DNA of 64,000 nt, taken from NCBI RefSeq assembly GCF_020745735.1, contig NC_083406.1:45444255-45508254 (forward strand). Direction: 5' to 3'. The translations under genes were made by a program, and so were the position numbers. Each line of letters opens with the position of its first letter. Position 1 is the first letter of the stretch. Origin of the DNA: Hemiscyllium ocellatum. Lineage: Eukaryota. The notes below the pieces were generated by a model. It worked only from the letters and a program-made list of their open reading frames with translations, was not told the DNA's origin and made no database searches. Below are positions 23,963-34,914 of the stretch, one piece after another.

Positions 23963-26161
23963 CGTGTACACCTTAGGTGGGAAATAATGTGTGTTCTAGA
24001 CTGCCCAAGTGACCTACTTAGGCTATAAAGTTGACAAAACCAGATTACACTCACTGGAAGATGAAATGAGGGCAATCAAAGGTTCTCCGGTTTCCATATC
24101 TGTACCAGAGCTTAGATCTTTCCTTGGGTTGGGGAATTATTGCAGAAAATTCATGCGTAACCTGGCCTCCTTCCTGACTGCCTTACATCTGCTATTGAAA
24201 AAGGGTCAGCCTTGGAAATGGTCACCAAGCAAAGATGTAGCTTACAAGGAAGTGAAGAAGCAGCTATCTTCATCTAAGGTGTTAGCACACTACAATCCCA
24301 AGCAAAATATTGTGCTGACCATGCAACATCTCCGCATATGGTATTGGGTGGTGTTGACTCATTGGTGGCCCCGTGGAGTAGAACACTCAATAGCATATGC
24401 TTCCCAGACTTTGGCTGATAGCTGATACTGAATGAAAATTTGACCAGATAGAGAAGAAAGGTTTGGCAGTCATCTTCGATGTGAGAGAGATCCCACAATA
24501 TCTTTAAAGACTTAAATTTGTGATAGTAGTGAACCACAGATCCCTATTAGGGTTACTAAGAGCGGACAGGGCTTTGTTGCCTGGAGCTTCAGGTTAAGTT
24601 CAGCGGTGGCTGTTATTCAGAGTGCGTACAATTACAAGTTTGAACACAGTCTGGGAGGCCAAATGGTAAATGCAGATACCTTGAGCCACATCTCACTAGT
24701 GGATACACCACTAGGCATGCCGCCACAAGAAGAATCCGTTCTTGTTTTGAACTTTCTGGACACCCTCCCAGTCACTGCTGACAATATCAGACTGTAGGCA
24801 CTAAAAGATCCAGTCTTGTCAAAACTAAAACAGCTGGTGGCACTGGGTGAAGCAAAAGTGCCATCATAACTAGAGTTGAAACCTTTCTGGACCTTGCAAA
24901 ACCAGATCACTGTAAAGGATGGCATATTATTATGGGGAGCAAGATTGATTGTCCTGTGTAAAGTTTGCTGCCAAATACTGGCTGAATTCCACCACAGTCA
25001 TCCAGGTTTTCCAAACTGAAGATTTTGGTGAGAAGTTATGTCTGGTGACCAAGATTAAATGCCGACCTAGCCACATTGGTGGGTCACTACCCAAAGGGGC
25101 AACAGAGACAAAACTTATGACCAGCAGCTCTCTCACATTCATGGGAATGGCTGGGTAAACCTTGGACTTGGTTATACATAGACTATGTCGGTCCATTCAT
25201 GGGGTCTATGGTCTTAGTCATTGTGGTCACCGATTCGAAGTGGTTGGATGTGCATGTATAGAGTTCATTTGTCAAACATGGGAATAATGATTGAAAAGCT
25301 CTGTACATATTTTGGAATACACAGACACCTGGAAGTGTTGTCACAGACAATGGGCCATCACTTACCAGCAGGGAATTTGAGTATTTCCTAAAGTCGAATG
25401 GCATTCGGCATGTAAGGACAGGTCCATACCATTCATTGTCCAATGATTTGCAGAAAAAGCAATCCAACCTTTCAAGGCAGGCTTAAAGAAACAGACCACA
25501 GTTTCACCAAACTGTCTCAGTTCCTGTTTGATTATAGGACCACTCCTCACAGAATTATAGGGACAGCCCTATTGGAGCTGTTAAAGGGTAGAAGACTCTG
25601 CGTTAGGTTACACCTGATCTTTCTGGACCTGGGTGGGAGGCGGGGTGGGGGGGAGGATGAATCAATATCAGAATATCAATGGCAGATACAAGACTCCTCT
25701 CTGCAAGAGAGGCAATTTTCCTCAGGGAACAAAATTTCATGTTGAAACCATGAACATGGCCCTGCGTGGGTAAAAGGCATAATTGATGCAAGATCATGTC
25801 CTGTGACATACAAAGTTTGGGTGGGAGAAGGCAGACCTGAACAGCACATGGACCACATGAGAAATGCAACCTCACAAACGTGGCAAGAGCAAAACATACA
25901 CAGCCCCTCAGAACATTCAACAAGGCTGTCAGACTTTGTGGGTTCTCCCCCTCCATCTAGCATTAAAGAAACCTCTGAGGATGAGATGGACACGACAGAT
26001 GTTACAGCCTTGATATTGTTACCACCTAAGATGCTCCAAGCACAAGAATCAGGCTATGTTCCAGTACATGCTTCCAGTACCTGAGGCTGAGTTGGAGGAA
26101 CTGGACCTAGTGTGAAAATGCCCCAGGAGAAGCAATGTCCCAGCACTTACAGGAGGAAGGA

Positions 26162-26401
26162 TGTAGTGATTGGAATGAAATCAGCCAGATGGACCTCATA
26201 AAATATGAGTTTCCTGACTGGGGCTTTTAACCTGATCTAATCAGGGAGTCCTGGCTAACAGATATGAACAGGAGTGTCAGGGGCTCTGTTCTGTTCACCT
26301 TTGAAGCTGACTCTAAACTAGCTGGTTCAGTGTCATGTACTATGCACATGTAAATCAAGAGTGACTTGTTGATGCATGCCTGCCTTCGAGGAATTATTTC
26401 A
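26162..26401 (+). repeat. Gypsy 3' LTR
   Basis: Starts TGTAG directly after the PPT (26151-26161) and ends TTTCA. A homologous solo copy lies at 8405-8600. Confidence 0.75.
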
Positions 26402-26797
26402 GTGTCCAGCCCCCATACACCCCTGCAGGGAAATGTTGACCAACTGCCAGAGGAGATGCTGCAAATGCGGCTAGATAGGTCGTTATATCGGGGAGTGCAG
26501 GGAGCCCACCCACAAGCATAGGAAGCAAACCACAAATATCCTACCATGCCACCTAACGGAGCCATGAGAAAAGCAGTGATAACTTAGGTAAGGGATGCCA
26601 GAGACCCTTCTAAACAATATCCCCAGTCAGACATAGGGCCTCACAGAAATGGGAATGTGATGCTAAATGGGATAGCATAAGGTGCACCGTGGTTGAAGGT
26701 GAGGTCAGGGGCCATCACATTGAGCTCCTAAGGGACACCAGGGGTTCTTGCACAACCCTGAACTATCCTGAGATATCAATAGATTCTAACATAGATT

Positions 26798-27131
26798 GGG
26801 GCGGCACGGTGGCACAGTGGTTAGCACTGCTGCCTCACAGCGCCAGGGACCTGGGTTCAATTCCCACCTCAGGCGACTGACTGTGTGGAGTTTGCACGTT
26901 CTCCCCGTGTCTGCGTGGGTTTCCTCCGGGTGCTCCGGTTTCCTCCCACAGTCCAAAGATGTGCGGGTCAGGTGAATTGGCCCTGCTAAATTGCCCGTAG
27001 TGTTAGGTAAGGGGTATATGTAGGGGTATGGGTGGGTTGCGCTTCGGCGGGTCGGTGTGGACTTGTTGGGCCGAAGGGCCTGTTTCCACACTGTAAGTAA
27101 TCTAATCTAATGTAAGTAATCTAATCTAATC
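26798..27131 (+). mobile_element. HE1-type tRNA SINE, young copy, inserted in retroviral protease
   Basis: CpG-rich; A-box TGGCACAGTGG, B-box GGTTCAATTCC; tail 'tgtaagtaatctaatctaa' duplicated in tandem. Confidence 0.95.
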
Positions 27132-28206
27132 AAAACACCTGCAAAATGCAGACTTACGTGGAACTTACAAAAAGGGATGGAAACCAACCCCTTAAGAATT
27201 ACACCGGGGAAGACTGCTTGCCTTCACTCATACTATTTGACCTAGACCCAGAGGTGGAACACATCTGGGCTTCGATTTCATTCAGAAATGCAATCTATCA
27301 TTTGACCCCATGAACTGCTGTGTATGCAGATGCCCGATACAGATGAAGCCCTGATTGCTGAGAAAGATATGTCAAAATCTGTTGCTGATGTCAAGCAAGG
27401 TGAAACATTTGTTTTCCGGGGCTTGTTTCATAATGGATTCAGTCACTACCACTGGTACGGTGATGGGTGTTTTTTGTAAATCTCCCGGTAGTCATTCGTC
27501 AGCCTCCAAGAACCTTCTGATTTTTGAACTGGCCAGATTGGGGAATCGTTGGTGGAGGCTACTGGGTGCAGGACTCTCTGTTTAGGAGGCTATTTATGAC
27601 CTTGGCAATCTCACCTTCAGCCTTCTTGGGGAAACCCGTGTTCCTTCTGAGGTTTCAGATCAGGACGGTCTATCACTACTGCCCCCGTCATTTTACCACA
27701 GTCTTGTCTGTGATTTGCGAAGGCTTAAGGATGTCTCACAAAAATCCCTTGTGCCTCTGGATCACCAGTTATTTCCACAAGCTTAAACCACAATTCTCCC
27801 AGACTGCACATTCTGTCAACATATTTCCCTGTGGAGGCTTCCATTGGAGCCTTGTCCTTATCAGGCATTTGTATCCTAAAACGGGCCCTGGCAAAGGCTC
27901 CTACACTACAGGTACCAGACCTGGAACTCCCATTTGCACCAGAAGTATTTACTACAGATGCTACTCTCACAGTTGTACTCTTACAGGAGCACCACAGGAG
28001 ACTTGGACTATGGGGGTTTATGGCTCCCAACTCCTATCCCCAGTGGAAAAAGGTTTCTCAGCATATCAGAAACACTTCCTGACAATTTTATGAGCAGTTT
28101 GCAAGGCTGCACTAATTGGACTCAAACCTCTAAATATCTCACCGAGCATAACCATATACAACTACTGCTGAACAGCCGAATTAAAGATGACCAAACATCA
28201 TAGTGG

Positions 28207-28395
28207 ATCAAGCAGTATCCAAGGAGCAGGAGAATTGATGTTTAAGGCATGAGCCCTTCTTCAGGAATCCTGAAGAAGGGCTCATGCCCAAAAAGTCAAT
28301 TCTCCTGCTCCTTGGATGCTGCCTGACCTGCTGCGCTTTTCCAGCAACACATTTTTAGCTCTGATCTCCAGCATCTACAGTCCTCACTTTCTCCT
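28207..28395. mobile_element. Fold-back Penelope-type terminal fragment
   Basis: Inverted arms around 'cttcttcaggaatcctgaagaag'; degenerate TSD caaac(a/c)tcata(g/a)tgg. Confidence 0.75.
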
Positions 28396-29309
28396 CAAAC
28401 CTCATAATGGGCTGGACTCTGATACCTCAGGGCCTTTACGTTATGTTGAAATGTACCAAAGTGTCCACCTTCCTTGCTGACAACTTGAGCTTCGGAGGGG
28501 AACCTCATGAGTGTCAGGTTGTGTCATCAAATGATTCCAAGGGAAAATACATCCCAGAACAAAATGGGGGAGAGCTCAAGGGAATCGGAAAAGCCAATAC
28601 ACACAGTCTTTTGAAATTTATGTGGATAGGTCCTTTCTGGTGAAACACAGGAATAGAAAATCAGCATGTGAAATGTATGTGGAGAATCACTGAGGTGAGT
28701 TCCTGGTGGGATTAGCATTAAAACTCCTCAACAAAATGAGCATCCAAACTGCTGAACTAGCCATCCAGATAAACTTCCTGCACTGGCAAACAAATATTCA
28801 GATAACATGTATGTCTGTGACAGTTTAACTGACTTCCTGCACGTTTGGAAGACAGAGGTTTTGTGTCAGTGGATGGAAACCTCTACTATCAGCATTCCTG
28901 ATAAAATACATATTCCAAAGTGCCCAAGAACAGGAGCATAGGATCATTAAAGTTAGGGCACACCATAAATCTTCCCCGGCTGGGAATGTGAAAGCAGATG
29001 AATTTGTCAAGGAGAACATCTGAAAGAGATAGCTATGGTCGCCCCCATTCTCCAGCACCCCCTCCCCCCACCCCTCCCCCACCGATTCTCAAGAAGGTGA
29101 ACACTATCGTTGTGAACCAAACTAAGATCGATGACCTTAAACAAGCTCAGGGCAGTGACAATGACCTAAAATAAAGGAAGGGGCAGATGCTGTATCCTAA
29201 GACAAATCGAAGGACAAACTAATACTAAAACAAGGACACATCTGTAAAGATGGGCAACACATGGGACTATATCAATGTCATGATGTCCACAGCAACAGAG
29301 ATTAGAATT

Positions 29310-30048
29310 AATCATTCATATGTACAAGTCTATACATTGACCATCCAGGTATTTTGCTGAGGTGTCAGCGCACCCTGATTACTGAGTGGGCCCCCTGTTC
29401 TTCTTAGGCAGGCAGACCTTACATGGTGGCTTTCCCCACTGTGCTTTGGTGGCAGCTGCCTCAAACTTCAGCGTGTCCCTCAGCACGTAGTCCTACACTT
29501 TGGAATGTGCCAGTCTGCAACACTCAGTTGGGGTCAACTCCTTCAGCTGGAAGATCAACAGGTTTCGGACAGACCAAGGAACGTCTTTGACCAAGTTGAT
29601 GATCTTCCAGGCACAGTTAATGTTTGTCTCTGTATGTGCCCTGGGGAACAGACCGTACAGCACGGAGTCCCGAATCACAGAGCTGCTTGGAATGAACCTC
29701 GACAAACACCACTGCATTCGTCTCCAGACTTCTTCTGCAGAAGGAGGTATGTGACAGTCTCGTCCCCTCCACAGTTGCTTTGGGGGCAACATGCGGTGTG
29801 GCAGAGAGTCCAGGCATGTATAAAGGATCTCATAGGCAGAGCCCTTCTCACCACCAGCCAAGCCATGTCTTGGTGCTTGGTGTAAAGTTCTGGTGATGAG
29901 GCATTCTGCCAAATTACTTTGACAGTCTGCCCAGGGAACCACTCCACAAGATCCGTTTTCTCCTTTTCCCAAAGGGCCTCAAGGACACTATATGCTGACC
30001 ACTTCCTGATGGACTTGTGGTCAAAGGTGTTTTTCTTCATAAATTTTG
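29310..30048 (-). mobile_element. Tx1-clade LINE 3' fragment (ORF2 C-terminal zinc-binding region)
   Basis: IWQNASSPEL..KHQDMAWLVVRRALP...CPQSNCGGDETVTYLL and VLYGLFP..HTETNINCAWKIINLVKD. Splits the retroviral integrase HH/CC motif. Confidence 0.85.
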
Positions 30049-30616
30049 TAACTGTATAACCTGTGCCCAAAATAATTGCGAAAGGTATGCCTGGGGAATA
30101 AGGGGGAACTGAGGCAGCCCCGACCTGTAGCATGCCTGGACAAATATTTAGCAAATGGTTGGAGGTTTTCCTTACCTGAACCAACACCGTTAATGTCACC
30201 GCAACCATTCTAAACCACCAATTTTCTCCCGGTGGGGACTCCCTGGCAGCATAGAGTTAGACCAAGGCACTGATTTCACCACCCTAGAAATGCAAGATGT
30301 GATTAATTTATTTGGCTTTGACCAATGGTTCCACACCACATACCATTCCCAATCCAGTGGGATAATGGAAAGAGTGAATCACACCTTAAAGGTAATCTAA
30401 CAGAACAGCACCACTTATAACATTGTAACACCTGTTGTGCTGATGTTGGTGATGACTGGAAGGTACGTGATGGAGATTGATCCACTCCTGAGCGGGATGT
30501 CTCGACTGTCCAAAAAGCAATGGCTGTTTGAATGGGTCAGAAAAAAAAAGAGATAAAGCAAAATTTACTTCAATAGCGAAGTCAACCTCACAGAATTTGA
30601 AATAGGACAATAAGTC

Positions 30617-31707
30617 TTTTTTTTATTTCAAAAATATACTTTATTTGTAAAATAATCATAAAATAATTTGATGGTCTGTACATTAGGTAATGCCATACAT
30701 ATGTCAACATTTACATACACAGCTCAGAATTATCGTTATTATATACAGGTCTGTGCATTTCTTGCTCATATGCCCATATATTGAGCTGAGGCATCAGCAG
30801 AGCCTAAATGACTGCGTGGGCCCCCTGTTCTTCTTTAGACAGGCAGATGTTAAACGGTGGTCTTTCCCCACCGCGCCTTGGCGGCAGCTGCCCCAAGCTT
30901 CAGCGCGTCCCTCAACACATAGTCCTGGACCTTGGAATGTGCTAGTCTGCAACACTCAGTCGGGGTCAACTCCTTCAGCTGGAAGATCAACAGGTTTCAG
31001 ACCGCCCAGAGAGCGTCCTTCACCGAGTTGATGATCCTCCAGGCACAGTTGATGTTCGTCTCGGTGCGCGTCCCGGGGAACAGACCGTAGAGCATGGAGT
31101 CCCGCATAGTTTCCATGCTATTTTGTGGTGCCTTGCTGGTCAAAAATATACTTTATTCATAAAATATTAGATACACTGTACATTTGGTAATGCCATACAT
31201 ATGTCAACATTTACATACACAGCTCAGAATTTTCATTATTACATACAGATCTGTGCACTTCTCACTCACATATTGAGCTAAGGCTTCAGCAGAGCCCAAA
31301 TGACTGCAGGGCTTGCCCCAGGGAAATCCTGCAGGCAGTACATGTCCACTGCTGCAAACCCACAGCACTCCAGCAAGACCTTCTTCACAAACACCGTCCG
31401 ATCGACCGGTGTGTGCTCCTCCACCTTCTTCACAGTCACCCTGACTGTGTTGCGAATGCCTTGGCCAAGGCTGCGAACGGCTGCTGAGGCAATGGCTCTG
31501 AGATTGGCTGGTCCCTGAATTGGCGTTAGGCCGAAGCCAGCATGAAGATCCACCAATAGTAGGTCAGCACAACCAAATGATCCTCCATCGTCCAATCACG
31601 ATTACGATCCAGCGATGATCTCTCCACTAGCTCTGGTGACTCGCAACTCGACACCGTTCTTATCTGTCCTGATAAGAACAGACAGTTGATCTTAGCCAAA
31701 AGGCCGC
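30617..31707 (-). mobile_element. Non-autonomous Tx1/Keno-like element with U2 snRNA-derived 5' head
   Basis: Perfect 18-bp TSD gaaataggacaataagtc (30599-30616 / 31708-31725). Poly(A) end at 30617. U2-identical blocks at 31686-31706 and 31669-31682. ORF1 N-terminus GQGIRNTVRVTV...DRTVFVKKVLLECCGF...YCLQDFPG. Two copies of the 3' UTR. Confidence 0.85.
31669..31706 (-). ncRNA. U2 snRNA 5' fragment (not a functional U2 gene)
   Basis: CGGCCTTTTGGCTAAGATCAA and TCTGTTCTTATCAG are identical to vertebrate U2 nt ~10-30 and ~39-52. The intervening branch-point-pairing GTAGTA is absent and the rest of U2 is missing. Confidence 0.9.
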
Positions 31708-34274
31708 GAAATAGGACAATAAGTCATGCTCCAAGTTTTCCAGCCAGGAATATTTCTGTCCCTCAGCTACTCAGGACTTCACTTTGTGATGGATAAGATG
31801 AGTTCCTCAGTTTACATTGTGTTGGGTAGACTCCAGGAAGACCAGATCATACCACATTAACTAGATGAAAGTGTATGGTTCCCAAAATATAAACCATCAT
31901 TTTCATACATCCCTGGAAGAGTTCAAGACACCAACCCAAAGACTTAGGCCCGCACAGTTAACTCCATCCTCATTGGTCGAGGAACTGGTTGCCAAAAGCC
32001 AACCTGTAGTCCATCAGAAATTGAGACCAATAGTCATCCAGCAACATATTAAGGAATTTAAATAGCACCGGAACCCACAGAGGCATTTGGTCTGGAAATC
32101 CAATGCGGCAGCTGTGGAAGAATTGGTTTCCAGCAGCCAGACCCCACCACGAGAGTTACAATTCTACTATTAGAACCATATAGGCGCCACCACCCATGAT
32201 TGGTTCCATTTTCGGAACTGGCAGCCAACCCCACTCCCACATTCCTGGTATAACTTCCTTGTTTCTTTTCCAGATAATTCATTTTCACAAATACAATTTT
32301 CTTCCTGACTGGAAGACAATCTCTTTATCTCATGTCTTTCGAATTGTTGCACAATCTGATAATACTCTATAAAATTGGTGCAAGACCCTGTATGCACTCC
32401 TACCACCTGGGTTAGGTTCAGGCTGAGAGCTATAACTGAAGGAAAGAGAAAAACAAATCAACTATTAGTAATGGGACATAACCGGGGAAGGGAGGGAACC
32501 TGGGAGCATCGAATCAGTAACAGATACCACTTTAATCATTTTCCCTAAGAATGTATGCACAGGCAAGGGACATTGCAGCAATCACCACAACATAACCCTG
32601 TTGATCACAATCCAACCTTATGAAGTACTAGATTATCCAAGATAAATGTGGATCGCCCCACTGGTTACTGTGAAAACAGTGTTCTACGAGTACACCCCAA
32701 CAAAACAGTGATGTTCGGGTCGAACAAATGGTATACAAAAGATACCTGGCAGCTTGAACTATTGTTCAAATCTATGTTGAGCAGGAGAGAACAGAGGAGG
32801 TTGCTCACATTGCAGGTGCATAGGGATACCTAAAATATGAATCAACCATTTTCCAAAAGCATTTTCTGATACTGCACCGACTGATAATGACCACACTGTT
32901 CTGTGTTTGCATTTATTTGCTTGTATTCATTTTTGAATTTTCAACTGCTGTGTAGATTATAATTTTTAAATAGTTGAGGCTGTCAGCCTGAGACCCAAGT
33001 GCTGCTCAGTTGGAGAACAAAGTTGAAGTTATGTGATCCCATTTTGCTGACCCTAATTTGAATCAAGAGGAAGGACTGTGGCTGGATAATGCAGGGCCTG
33101 AACAACTAGGCCTGAGACCAGAATGGACAACCTTTGAGCAGCCAGGCCTGATAAGAGTTCCAAGGCATCTGTGCAGGTCAAAGGCAGACAAAGATAAGCC
33201 TGGACTTGCCATAGAAAATGTATTGCAGTATAGCGCCTAGAGTTCCCAACAATGTACACCAAGTTTAGCTCCAGAGTCCTCCATACATGACATCGGGAGC
33301 CCAATGAACACCATGCTTTGACCTGGAAGATTGATTGGCTGAGTGACAGAGAACATTCTAGAAGGATGCAGCAGGGGGAGGTAAAACTGGCAGTCATTCC
33401 ATCAGTGAAGACCCAATCTGGCCCAGCAGTGCAGTTACAACTACCTGGAAAGAGAGAAGATAACCATATGCAAGATCAACCCTTGCCAAGTTCATCAGAG
33501 CTGACTACACAGACTGGCCAAGTTTAAATACAGAGGTAGTACATGGTCCTAATCTGGCAGCCAGTGGTCATTGAGATAAAGATTGCAACAAAAATATACC
33601 ATTGCAATTGGGAGAATAATTAATGTATGAATTGGGTGATGTAAAATGAAAGAACAGGGTTTTCGACAATAGACAGCCAAATGGTCCTTTTTGTGTCTTA
33701 GTGAATTTTGTGTATAAAATTATGTTGAATTGCAAGTTGAATCTTTCCCTTTCATTCATCTCAGAAGTACAGCACCTGAGTGAAATGTGTTTATGGAGAA
33801 ACTAGTTGAAGTGTCCAAAGCATTGACGTCAGAGGCCATTCAGCCCTTTGTGCCTGTGCTGGAAAAGCAGGGGGTGGTTTGGACACTAATTGGGACAGGT
33901 AATGCCCCAGTCAGGTGGTATGTCAGGAAAAAAGGCTATGGATTTGGATTTGAAGAATGATGGATCTAGGGATTGGAAAGCAGGAAGGTTCTGGGTAATG
34001 ATTATGAACAGATTGAGGGCAGGGGTAATCTTTTGCTTACTTTTGGATCTCAGCTGCAGTAATGAGGAATAATTGTTCAGATCTTGCTTAGTCAAACTGT
34101 TCCAGTAAAGTTACAAAACTGGCATCAATCTGGTGACATAAAAATTTGTCTAAATTTGCCCTGTCCAACAACATGAGAGAAATCCCTTCTGGCAAAATGC
34201 TAATTCAGGATGCTCCCAGTCAACAGCAAAGTCATGGACGGTGCCAGCAGCAGCATTATCAAGTGGAACTTATT

Positions 34275-34452
34275 TAGATTAGATTCCCTACAGTGTGGAA
34301 ACAGACTCTTTGGCTCAATCAATCCACACTGACCTTACGAAGAGTAACCCACTCAGACCCATTTCCCTCTGACTAACACACCTAACGCTACGGGTAATTC
34401 AGCATGGCCAATTCACCTGACCTGCACATCTTTGGACTGTGGGAGGAAACCC
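34275..34452 (-). mobile_element. HE1-type SINE 3' half
   Basis: 'agattagattccctacagtgtggaaacag...tttggactgtgggaggaaacc'. Confidence 0.85.
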
Positions 34453-34556
34453 TTAGCAGTAATCTGTTCACCAAACTACAGCTTGGGTTCCACGAGGCCC
34501 AACTGGTTCTAGGCTCTATACATTTTGATCCAAATATTGACAATATAGTTGGATTG

Positions 34557-34893
34557 GGGTGGCACGGTGGCTCAGTGATTAGCACTGCTGCCCCACAGTG
34601 CCAGGGACCGGAGTTTGATTTCCACCTCGGGTGACTGTCTGTGTGGAGTTTGCACATTCTCCCTGTGTCTGTGTGGGTTTCCTCTGGGTGCATTGGTTTC
34701 CTTCCAAAATCCAAAGATGTGCAGGTTAGGTAAATTGGCCATGCTAAATTGCCCATTGTGTTCAGGGGTGTGTAAGTTAGGTGCATTAGTCAGGGGAAAA
34801 TGTAGAATTATGGATGAGTTACTCTTTGGAGGATTGGTGTGGACTTGTTGGGTGAAAGGGTCTGTTTCCCCACTGTAGGAATTCTATTCTATG
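34557..34893 (+). mobile_element. HE1-type tRNA SINE
   Basis: ggtggcacggtggctcagtgattagcactgctg head; tail ending attctattctatg. Confidence 0.9.
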
Positions 34894-34914
34894 AATTCCA
34901 AAATGGATTTCTTT

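Larger units (their letters stand above)
21310..26401 (+). mobile_element. Gypsy LTR retrotransposon (protease-RT-RNase H-integrase-3' LTR), decayed and interrupted
   Basis: IKINVWLNGRPVLME (protease, ~21330). VTYLGYKVD...ELRSFLGLGNY...LLKKGQPWKW...IAYASQTL (24009-24425). Integrase PW..HIDYVGPF / VVTDNGP / FLFDYRTTPH (25160-25560). Polypurine tract aggaggaagga followed by TG...CA LTR. Confidence 0.9.
26402..31870 (+). mobile_element. Decayed retrovirus-like provirus (gag NC - PR - partial RT - tether RNase H - RNase H - integrase), spuma/class III/lokiretrovirus-like
   Basis: CCKCG*IGRYIGEC knuckle (26456-26497). Protease LLRDTRGSCT (26725) and GFDFIQK (27270). RT SPIWPVQKSEGSWRLTNDYRE and LLDISNRF* (inverted, 27350-27836). 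Tether LKRALAKAPTLQVPDLELPF...GSQLLSPVEKGFS. RNase H IYVDRS/SIQTAELA/YSDNMY/KVRAH..GNVKADEFVK (28610-29011). Integrase CITC, FSKWLEVF, RWGLPGSIELDQGTDFT, SSGIMERVNHTLK (30050-30390) and GPY/F-like LSYSGLHFV (31760). Confidence 0.8.

Noticed and set aside
26798-26870. tRNA genes at SINE heads
   Set aside because: A/B boxes continue into the HE1 body and CR1-like tail in many dispersed copies; these are SINE heads, not tRNA genes.
27524-28093. 189-aa plus-strand ORF as a novel protein
   Set aside because: Its first half is the antisense of the inverted RT segment and its end is the retroviral tether; it is a rearrangement by-product.
31278-31595. Host ZCCHC3-like gene
   Set aside because: Short ORF1 stub inside a TSD-bounded retroelement, truncated by an internal deletion.
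31669-31706. Functional U2 snRNA gene
   Set aside because: Only ~35 nt match; the branch-pairing site, Sm site and 3' stems are absent, and the upstream flank is retroviral integrase rather than an snRNA promoter.
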